Below, one piece after another: positions 37,201 to 49,200 of a stretch of 64,000 nucleotides of DNA (position 1 is its first letter; every line of letters starts with the position of its first letter). The position numbers and the translations under genes were made by a program. This DNA comes from Antedon mediterranea (lineage: Eukaryota; Animalia; Echinodermata): assembly GCF_964355755.1 (NCBI RefSeq), contig NC_092678.1:21531365-21595364 (forward strand), given 5' to 3'. The notes beneath the pieces were generated by a model. The model made no database searches, was not told where the DNA came from, and saw only the letters and a program-made list of their open reading frames with translations.

Positions 37201-40200
37201 TAGCCAACCTCTATAAAGCTCTGTCTTCCTTTATTTGGTCGAACAAGTTTGATAGTGCAGACAGAGCTTTAAGAAACGCTTTCCTGGAGTACCTACAGTA
37301 TGTGCTGCCCTTAATAGGGATTCTACCATTTGTCAATGATAGTACCCAGTATCCCAGTTTTTTTTCTTGGCAAGTCATCCATCTTTATGGATTAACAGCA
37401 TTTTTTATCACTAACCCATGTTATTCTATTGTATTATCAACGATATTCCGACTGTCGGTTCACATTGGAACAAACTCGCTCGTACTGTGCACACAAATCC
37501 TTCTTAATTGCTGTTCACACATAGAGTACACATCCATGATATCTGTACTGAAATATCTCATCTTTTCAGCTATCAATGGAATGATATCATTGACTAAAGA
37601 AAAATGTATTAATATATTAATTTTTTTTTTATGTTTAGTCCTCTACGAAGAAACTCTTCTCTAAACGACCCTCAGATGACCTCTCGGGTTCTTTTCAAGC
37701 AGGAGTTGATGCGACAGCAAGTTGCTCAACAGGAGTTATTAGAACAGCAACAGAATGCCAACTTTGCCAGTACATCACTCAATCAGACCAGACCAATTGA
37801 GCTTCAGCAGCAGTTGGCAACTATACCAGAAGTTCCCAAAGATGTTCTTGTGGTAAGTATCTTACTTTGATTTTTTTTCCTGAGAAAATCATCTTCTGAT
37901 GAGGCAGTCGGCTGTTAGATAGGCTAATCTGTTGTGAGATGAGTTAATCAGTTCTGATAATATAGGCTAGTCTATTCTGAGATGGACTTGTCTGTTCTTA
38001 GATGGTCTTTAATCATTTTTGAGATGGGCTCTTTTTTCCTGAGATTCTGAGAGTCTATTCTGTGATGGGCTAGTCTGTTCTAAAACGGGCAAGCCTGTTC
38101 ATGAGATGTGGAAATCTTGTGGTGGACATGCTTTTTTTTTTAGATGTTCTAGTCTTTTTTGATTTGGACTAATCTTCTCCTAGATTAGCTAATTTAGGAT
38201 CATTTTTTAAAATTCTTTTTTAGGATAAGGATGTTCCAAATTATTATAAATATTCCAAACTTCTACATTTTTAATAAGGAAATTTGAAATGAAAGATCGT
38301 TTGTATTGTTGATTTATTGTCAAATAGATTTACTGTACTACTACTCTCTTAGGGTGTTCTAAATTTGACCTGGGCCTCAAAGTGCATCTTCAGTTTGACC
38401 TGCTCTATATCTGACCCATAATCATATTATTTTTAAAGTATCTTTCTAAATATGTAACCATTCCATGTTCTAAAATTAATAAACTGTAATCACATGCACT
38501 TCCATTCCCGCAGGAGGGATTAAAAGATTGAAAGGGACCTGGGACCTATTTTTGTTAGAACTTTAAAGAATTTGTGAATTTATAACTGTTTATTTACACT
38601 CCGATAAAAGCTGTATAATTTCCTGTAAATCTTTAAAAGCGCACTTAAGAATTATGAAGTTTTACGTCAGTCTTTTAAACTCAAGAGGATAATCAAAGAA
38701 CTTTTTTATGATGATATATTGTCAAATGATTGATTTTTAAATGTTATATTATTAACTCTATTACTAAGTACTGTGAAAGTGTTTTTTAGAGGTTTTTTGA
38801 ACAACCTGTTATAAAATGTGCATTTAGTTGCTATTGCTTGCAGTCAATTATTAATTTTAACCACCACACTTTAATCTGCAAAAGTACTTTTGATATGGTT
38901 TACAATGTACATTGATACCATAATACTCAGATATGAGCCCACCCTGGGCTATAAGCATATTTTACTGTTTGTACAGACAGCTATGTACTTTAATACTTTG
39001 TCAGGCTTGGTACGCTTTGGTATGTGGCTTAAAATAATCAGCTAAATAGCCTAATAGGCAAGTTTAGCTAAATTGAAATTTAAGAAAAAGTGGATTGAGC
39101 TTTTTGTTTTTATAGTTATTTTTTCAACCTAAATGTAAACTTTTGTCAGATTTTCTTGAATAACATATTGTCTATTAGTATTATATACTGTTAAATTCTA
39201 TGGATATGAATGAAATCCAAAATAATTAATTAATGACTGAATTATAATAATAATTATGAATAATAATTAATAATGAAAAATAATTCTAGGATACCCAACA
39301 AAATGCTTGTTAGGCCTTCCCGCCTTAGTCATACAAATATGAAATGATAATAACATTAGGATATAACTTTACCGTAGGTAGAAAGCCTTTGGATGTCGTT
39401 TATGAGGATCAATTATTCCGTAGGGATATTAAGATATAAGACCTTTCTCTTAGTCAAATTCCTTTATAATTTCCTCATTTTCCCGCCTAATTAATCATTG
39501 ATACTCGCATAAATTAATTTCATAATATTTATTTATCTTCGCAATGAATTGCTTGAAGTATTAAGATTAAAAAATGAAATATAAAGCTAGAAAAGGATGT
39601 TCATAATTAGTATAATCAGTGGTAAATTGAATTTAATTTTAATATGTCAATGAACCACAAAGTGTACTAGCCTATAATTATGCTTATTTAAGAGATAGGT
39701 AGACACAATACAAATCCTTCCCCCTCAAATTTTAAATTTATGAATTTGTAATGATTGATGATGATAAGATTTATTTCGTGCCTAGCTTACATGGATAAAC
39801 GGATATAGTCTATTACCCTAAAAAAGTAGAGAATTCATTAAACACCCCTGTTTATTAATGGTACAGTCTGCAAACCACATCATACATTTAAATTTAGATG
39901 AAAAATCAATTTAATAAATCAAATTTAAAACGATCATAATATGGTTAAAGTATTTTCTTCTTTATGTATTATTATTTATTATGAAGTTATTTGAGGTTTT
40001 AAATTATGTAATAAATGTTTATTTTATTTTAATGTTTTATCAGTTTTTTTAGTGTTTCATCAGTTTTTTTAATGTTAAAATACAACTATGGAAATTACCT
40101 GAAACTTATAAAATCTGTATGAATTATCTGACTTCCTATTGGCTAATAGAAACACCATAAAATATTGTAGTATGCCTAATGTACAATGATATGCAAGTAT

Positions 40201-43200
40201 TGGATCGTACACTCAAGTTCATGGGCCAATTAGAATTCAGGAAAGTGACGTCGTCGTCACAGTGAACACACACAAGAGAGGGAAATAAGTTTGAGCTTAA
40301 AAAGCATTGCAAAGATGTGTGTAGCCGTCATTCTTGATTTTAGTAATGCTAGGCCGACTTATATCACTTTCACTCATGCACTGTTGAGGGCTGGAACCTG
40401 AGCAACAGACAGTAGTATAGTAGAGATAAGCTTATTTATACTTGATTGAAACTTAAAATGGTAGACTGCGCGTATTATAATCACGGTGGTCATAATTTTG
40501 GTGCGCCGTTTTACCACCAACAGCAGTACTATTACCAGCAGCAGGCCAATCAGAATCAGTATGGTTACTGTCAGCAGTATCGTCCGGTAAGCTTTGTTTA
40601 TCCTAGCAACCATAACAAATCTTCATTTTAAATCTCTTTTCTCGATTTAAATATTCTTTATTAATTTCTACTGGATATACTATATGTAGTTTAAAGTTTT
40701 TAACTAAAACATTTTTGATATTTAATGTTACCATGACTTAATACCTTTGAACAATTCAACAAATTATTAAACGGCTTCTAGCCAATTTGAAACATTTTTA
40801 GCATTATTCGAAACATTACTATAGGGTCAGATTACTAATTTTGAACTTCGGAAAAGTTTAATGTTTATTTAAAAAAAAGTTATTTTACTATATCTTTATT
40901 TCATTCGTTAATAATTAAAGAAGAATATACTTCTACACCCCTTAGCAGAGAAAAATTTCATTTTAAAATTTTTTTTTTGCTAAGCAATTTTAGAAATATG
41001 TAGCAATAAGGTTGTTTTGTATAGCTTTTTGCTATGCTACACTGGCGAAATTATTCCCTGCTTAGGAGAATAGAATAGGGTCTACTGTACTGTAAACTTT
41101 TGCCTTCCACACTTCTCTGTTTTGGCCTACAATTGCTACCTCTGTCCATGTTCTACACTAACTTATTTCTTTTTCCACAGTTCTTAAGTTTTATGTAAGA
41201 ATCTTTAAAATCTATATTTCAAATATTCATTTCTGGATCATGTTCTATATTAACTTCTTTTCTTTTAGACAGTTTTTTTCAGTTTTATGTAAGAAGACTG
41301 GACATCTTTAAAATCTATAATTCAAATATTAAATTCTGAATCATTATTTGAAATATCAGTAAAGGACTTTGTGAGCTTATTATGGTATTAGTGGTTACCA
41401 CTAGTTGGATCAATCGAGCAATCAATCCTTTTGGTTTCGTTGCTTCTCAACACTATAGTTCGTATTAATATTTCCTTTAAGATTAAAATGAAACTACAAA
41501 ATATTTATTTTATACCGGCTAGTCAACATATTTATCAAACACAATCAAAAGTTGTTTTTTTTTAATTTTTATTTTTGCAGCCTTAAATTTTCAAAATTAA
41601 TTTATTTTGGACAACATGTGTTATTTAAAATATTTAATATTTTTTAATTAGTTTATTTTTAAATATTCATGGCCTTAAATTAAAGTTGATTTTCTCAAAA
41701 TGTGTGCAGTATATTCATTTGTTAACTATACTTTAACATTTTTATTTCCGTGTTACATAATTGTTTGTTGATTTTCTAAAATAATTGTGAAATTACATTT
41801 CATTGTTTTTTGTGTAATGTATAAAGCCACAAACATTTAAAGTTCATAAAAACAATAACAAGTTAAAATTGCTCAAATCTAAAATTATAAATGATGAAAC
41901 ATTTTAAGTTTTTATGTTTTAGGATATAAAATCTAGTCCTTACATGTAACAGGATTTTGATATTAAACTATTGTTATTGCTTACTTTCATTTTTCGTTAT
42001 ATTTTGCAGAATCAGGTGATTCAGGAGAAATTATTCTCCCTGATCATGTGATGAGTCCAAAATTGTTTTCTCTGATCAGGTGATCAGCCCAATACTGTAT
42101 ATATTCGTAATCTAATACATTTAGTTTAGGTTTTTATTTTTAGAGATTTCAGATCAACCATGTATGTTTGTAAGATCTGGTGACGGGAATAATGTTCTGT
42201 AGTATTCACTGCTTATTTAGGTTCCAATTTTAAACCTAGTTACCAATTGCAAGCTTGGTGGTATAATGGCATGACTCCAAGTTAGGGATTTGAAGATTAG
42301 TGGTTCGAATCCCACTTGAATGTGCATATTTTTGGCTAACATTTTGTATCCACTGCATACAATGATATGCAGTATCTTTAAATCACTACAATTTCGATTT
42401 TTATTTAAGACATTTTTTCTTAAAATGTAACCAAATATTTGTAACCAAAAATTATAGTTAGTATAAAATTCTTTAATAATAGTCATGATGGACTAGGTTA
42501 TTTGATTTGTTGGCTCGTAATTTGTAACACAAGTGATGGTTGAAAGTTTAATATATTAAAACAAAGAAAACCAATGTATACGTTCAACCCATCACACTGG
42601 TTAACTTTTATAGTATGAACACCATTTTTATTGAGATTTAGTTTAATAATACTGGTTTCTTTGATTCGTTTATAAAGTGTTGTTTTGCTTGTACACATCT
42701 CTGATATAAAATTTTGTGGCCATGTTTATTGACAAGATTGAACCGAGTGGTAAAGATTCCGTGTTTAGTATGTGATTTGATGGTTTTTTAGTCGTTTGAT
42801 GAGATTGTGCTTTTACTGCACTTTTTGACAACTTATAGATATGTATTAGACGGCAGACATGTGTTATAAACTTTCACAACTAAACTATATAAAAACCATA
42901 TAAATGTGCAATATGGAGTCTTACCAAGATTGTACCATATTTTTATAGATAAATCAAGGTAGAAAGAGAATCTTGCTTAAACTATAAATAAATAACTCAA
43001 GAATGTACTTTAAAATAAAGTGGTAATGCAGTTCACTTAACAAAGGCTTATGGTACTCGGTATATGTGGAGACTCCATCTACCCTCTGCCTTGCAACCCC
43101 ATCTCTTACTTACAGTAATCTCTTCCTTACTACCCCATTTCTCCTTTATCCTTCCACCCTCTGTCTTGCTACCGCATCTCCCCTTCCCCACCCTTTTCTT

Positions 43201-46200
43201 TGCAAACCCATCTCTTAGTCGCTGCTTTACTACCCAATTTTCCTTTCCTCCCCACCTTCTGCCCTGCAACCCCATCTCCCCTCCTTTCCCCACCCTCACA
43301 GCAACATTTCCCCTCCCCTCCCCTTCTTATCCTCTGCCTTGCTATGGCATTTATCCCAAACTCCCTTTCCCACCAAACTCCCTTTCATACCCAACTCCCT
43401 TTTCCACCCTTTTTCTTACTACCCATCTTCCCTCCTCTCCAAACCCTCTGCCTTGCTAACTTCTTTCCTCACCTGCATCTTTTATTTTATTTCTTTAATT
43501 GGTTAGAATATGTGTTTGATACCAAAGTTATCACTTATTGTGGTATGAGCATATGCAGATAATTATACTTTTATTCCTTCATCATAGTGCCAAGTCATTC
43601 CAGTTAAAAAAATCCCTGTGGTTTTTGTTTATTTTGCTATATATTAAAAATACTACAATTATAAAACAATGGCCACAAGCTAAAACTGTTTGTATTACAA
43701 CGAAAAACTAGAAAATTGTATTTAAGATAAAAACAGGGCATTTGAAAATATACTATTAGTATTATTAAACGTAAAAATTATCAAAACTTGTAATGGTGAA
43801 TGGAAATAAAGTCGATTGATCGATTGATTGATTGATTGATATTTATTGCTGTAAAACACTAGATACGATGTCCATACAAACATTCTAAAGTCAAACATGG
43901 TTGGTGCTGCACTTTTTACAACACAATCAAATAACAAATATTGTAACTATTATTGCATTTTGATATAAAGTAGGTTTATGTCATCAATAAAAATGTTTTA
44001 TTATTTAAATGAAATATGTTTGATGCATGTTGGACTTGGTTTGATAGTGTGCATTGTCTGTATAACCCATGAATGTAGCTAAGCAAGTTGAAGGTTTAAA
44101 AGTCCACGTGGCTGTTGAAAGGGTAGAAGTTTAGCATATGGATGGACGGAGGGAGAGAGGGAGTATTGATACTTATTTTAGAAATTGTTACAGTTTAATC
44201 TAATTCAAATAGGGAATTTAATAAAGTAGTGGTATTGGTTCAAACACTAAATATAAATGATGATAATTGTGTGTTGGGATGCTCCCACTTGAGGGCAGGG
44301 TTCATGTAATGTACCATTATTTAATATAATGTATTGTTATATATTATTCGAGTTGTAGCTCTCTTCGTGGATAGAATGGCCAATGTTGGTTTATCTAGGT
44401 AAAGCTAGCACTTTATAGACTATCAACACCACTTGTGGTTTGTGTATCTAACTTTGTTTGAGGGTTAGGTTTAAGTAGCATAGACTAGTTCAGCTTCAGA
44501 AGAAAAAAAAAGATCGCAGTGTGGACTTTATGAGAAAAGTCCTGCTTTCCTCGAGAAAACTGCTTTACTATCATGATTCGTCCATTGGATAGAACTTTAA
44601 GCCGTTGGTCCTGTTTACACAAAAAAAAAAGTTCATGGTGTTGTAAACTGGTGTAATGCTTAATTACAGATTGCATAGTTCAGTCCTGACATGACCCTTT
44701 CTCCTTTATGCTTTATAATTTTGGATCCAATAAACACTGCTACTAACTACATATGGTTATGTACTACGAACGCATACCATCTGTTGATACTGATTTAACA
44801 ATAGCACTTAAATTCAACTGGTTAAGATTTATTCTAGATATGGCTCATTTTTTTTTATTTACTGTTTATTGGGAATTTCGTATATAACTTGCCTGATTTC
44901 AACTTATTTAGTCCAGCCGTAGTATGTGTGAGAAGAGGATGATTGAGATTGAGAAAGATGCTCATGATGTAGATGCTCATGATAAAGATGCTCATGATAA
45001 AGATGCTCATGATGAAGATGCTCATGATGAAATTGCTCATGATGAAATGTTCAGATGCTTGTGGACTGTACTATTTAGGGATGTTAAATTCTCTAATATT
45101 GCTCTTTTGAGGAGAACATAGTTAGTAGGATGTATTTTGTTTCAATTTTCCTGAAATAATAATATACCAGTAATGGCATCTTTTTCATTGTTTTTTCCAC
45201 CTATTAAATGTTTTTTTTGTTTTTTTGTTCAAATGTTTTCTATTTCTTCTATATGTTTGGTTTCAATAATACTTTACATGTAAAACATGATAAGTTTTGT
45301 CTTTCAAACGCGTTGACTCATCAATTATCCCCTGTCTTGCATTTCTCCGCTTCCCTTGGCATTGTCTCATAGAATGTGAAATCAAAGCTTTTCACAATCT
45401 AGTGTGCTGTTAGTAAAACACTGAAGTGTAGGCCTAATCTTCTGATTTTGTCAGCTTTCATATCCTGTTGGCTTAGTGCCCTCATTGGTCCTCCGTCATT
45501 TCCTTTTATTATCATTGTATTAACCTGATGGTCTACTTAGCCTATTAGTGCCTTTCCCCACCTGTCTTATTAGTGCCTTCCTCACCTGTCTATACCACAG
45601 TTCACCTGTTGAATTTGTAAAAATTAGGTACCCACACTATTTTAAATTCCACCTACCTGTAGAAATATCAAAACACACATTTCTTAAACATTTTAGGACA
45701 CAAAAAAAGGAAGAAATAGGACTTTCAAACTTTACACATGCTTTGTAACATGTTACTGTTGTGATAGCTTCTGCATCTGATTTTATCTTTTAGCTTTACG
45801 TACAATTAACTTCCACTTATACGTTGTCGTTTCATGAACATTTGGTGATGTTTCAGTCTAACAATAATTGTCATTTTAAATCAAGAATTATTTCAAATGC
45901 GGGAAGGCTAGTGTTTCAGATTATGATATTTTTTTTTTAAAGAGACATAATCAATCAGAAAATTTCTAAAGAATTCAACTAATTTTCATCATAATAACAA
46001 GTAAAGCCTTCTTAATTATGCATTTGTAATGTAATTATTATTTTTGACAAGTATCATAGATAGTTGATAGATCAGAGTAAACAACCAGATTAACTCATCA
46101 AAAACATTATTTGAAAATCACTCAACTGTGACAGTAAAAATCACTCAACTGCGACAGACTTGTTTATGATGTTAAATGATTATAAAATGTTTTAGGACGT

Positions 46201-49200
46201 TTACTGCACTATTAAACTCCGAAATCTATCTACTGAAATTTAATTAATTCTGAAGTTGTTGTTGCGGAAATATTTTGTGGTTTTTTGTTACAAGGTACTG
46301 TATTGGCATTTTAGATACATATTTTTTACTTGAATTTTTCTGGTCGCAAGATATAGTGACTCTTCATTATTTTGACAAGACTGAGCAAATGGAGTGAAGA
46401 TATACTCGTCAGACAATCTGTTGGTTCAAGTTTTCCTAGAAAAGGGGAAATTAAATCAACATTTCTTAAATGAAGTTCTAGTGTAGGTAGCTTGGCGTCC
46501 ACCCTATAAGAAGTTAATCTCTACAGGATTCACTTGAAGATCGCTGGAATGCATTCCGTTGAGAATTCTGCGAGGGATAGTCCAGTGATTCCATTAGGAA
46601 TATTGTATTGAGTCGCCAGTCATTCCGTTGGGATATCTTGTCTCGAACGAACTTGGCTTCCGTCCATCGGATAGTTTTCCAAATGGATGCAATATGCTGT
46701 TCTGTAGTATTATCAGAAGTTGGATGGCGTATGCTTACCGAAGCAGGATTTCTTACCTAAAGGGAATTTTCAGAGTTAATTTAAAAGATTTGTAAGATTA
46801 AATTTAAGTAATTATAAAATAATTGAATAATTAGTACTTAATACTACTAATGATATGATGATGTGATTTCAATTTTTTTGTTCTAAAAATATTTAATTAA
46901 GTTTGCAAAATTATTAGTTCAAAAAATGTGTTAGTTTTTTTAAAATGAAATCTTTTAAAATAAAACATTAAAATATGAAAAGTTTATAAAACTATTAATA
47001 CAAAGAATTTGTTATTTTTTTAATTAAATCTTTTTAAAATAACCACATTAAAATACTGTATAAAATGCAAAGTGTCCCTTTAATAGAGGCCTTATTGTTG
47101 AAATATATTTCCCCTTGTTGCTTTATCAGGAACATGTTCCCTTATTAGAGGTATCTCCATTATAGTGATGTTCCAAAAGAAAAGTACTCTGAATTTGATA
47201 GCTAAAGTTGATATCAAAGTGTATACTATAGTAAACTGAGTTGCTTTATAAAGTTGATATTGGCCTGTATAGTACAAAATAAAATCATAAAGTAATGAAA
47301 TTAAAGTTTAGCATAAATCTTTTAAAATAACCACATTAAAATATTGTAGAAACTAGAAAGTGTCACTTTAATAGAGGCCTTACTGTTATAATGTACTGTA
47401 TTTCCCCTTGTTCTTTTATAAGGAACATATGTCATCATATAGGTGTCTCCTATAGAGAAGGAAGGGTATACTGTATTAGTTTCATAAAGTTGATATGAAA
47501 TTGTATACTATTACTATAGTAAAAATAAAATCATAAAGAATTGAAAGTTTAGCTTATATAGTATTGCTGTGAATAGGACAGGGAAGTACTTAAAGATTAA
47601 CAAGTATTTGTTTACACTTCTTGTCTAATTACAAGCAACACAACGTAATGCAATTACCTGTCTCATAATCCGCTAATATTATACGGATACTTAACCCCCT
47701 TCATCCTAGCAATAACCGTTAAAAATTGCGGGAGTTTGCCTCGGAAACGCCCCCTCTGGTACACGTCAGTTAATTTGTTAATCCTTCGTATTACAACTAT
47801 CATGCGAAATCTTAATTCTATCTGTTCCTGTTGCCAACATTAAAGTCATGATTGCTAATTAGTGTTTGGTTCGTTTAAAACAGCTCGTTAATTAGTAGTT
47901 GTTTCTGTTAGCTTGCTCATCACCGGTGCTCAACTCCCCTGAGTTGGGTGGTAACTTTATGTCGTACAGATTTGGAGGTTGTTCTTCCTCTGCTTGCTTC
48001 CACCTTGAAGGTGGTGACTAAGTGCCCAGAGGTAAGGATACTTCCCCACCTCCATTGTGTTAACGATATAAATCAAAAGGTAACAACTAATTATATCACA
48101 GTTTTTCTTGTTTTTTATTTTATTCAATTTACAACCAAGAAATAAAAACCTCCACTAATAATAGGCTGAGATAAAACAAACAAAGACACAAAACACGTTA
48201 CAATTTGTAACTTTATCTTAAAATAATAACAAAGTATTATAAAATTGAAGTAGTGAAATATGGTAGAAATAAAAAAAAAAATGAAACTGTTATTAAACGA
48301 ACATAGTAAGTGTTTTATAAGCCCAACTATTTATTTATAAAAAAAAAATTAGACTATAAGTTCCATGATATGGGAAGAGCCAACATTTTAAGAGGATTTT
48401 AATAAAAAATGTTAGTAGGACACTCAGACTAATAAAATCTAGAATTTATCCACCATGCATATAATTTCTTTTTATTATACGACGGAAGAATTTAAGTTCT
48501 TTTGTTAAGTTCCATTGATTTTTTTTTTGTGATTTTCTTTGTGACCGTAAAAGCACTGATTGTGTGCATGGTTTGTTTTCCGTTATGTATCTTTATGCAT
48601 CATTTACACTAAATACTAGTTAGTTACTGTAACCCATTAGAATAGAATTAAAATAAACACCGGTTTAAACTGTTAAATAAATTAATAGGATAAAGGTAAG
48701 AACAAATTTATTTTCTATAATCTACTCTAAATTAGTTTGTTCCTTCATCTTTTTATTTCGGAATACATTGATTATATAATATATCCATAGTATATAAAGA
48801 AGCTTAATCTAAGAAATCATTGTACAGATAAAAAAATGTGGGAAAAGCTGTTTTTTTTTTATTAATTTTATATTCTATGTATTTTGTAATAATTTGTTTA
48901 TTACTTGCTCTAGTCAAGTTATGTACTTTATACACTTTTTCTGAGTAAATATTATTTATTATTATTATTAATGTGTATAATTTTTCCAATATTGTGCTCT
49001 TTTCTGGCCATTCAAAACTTTATATTACCTCTAACACTTTCATGCCTTATTTGGAGATAAAGATCTAATAATTGGTTGATTTTCTGCAGGAAGTAACATT
49101 TGCCTTGCATAAATTGTAACTAGGGAGTTTCTTGGTCAGAGTATTTATAATGATTTTCAGCATTCACATTTCTGGCAAGATCGCAACCCACAAGTTTCCT

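Noticed and set aside
43048-43562. Overlapping 83-131 aa ORFs
   Set aside because: Products of a C/T-rich low-complexity tract, with no domain or splice support.
44855-45121. DAHDK / MSIFI repeat ORFs
   Set aside because: Translation of a 15-bp minisatellite.
46540-46630. TEAD-like CATTCC/GGAATG cluster
   Set aside because: Only three sites, two within a short local duplication; not distinguishable from chance.
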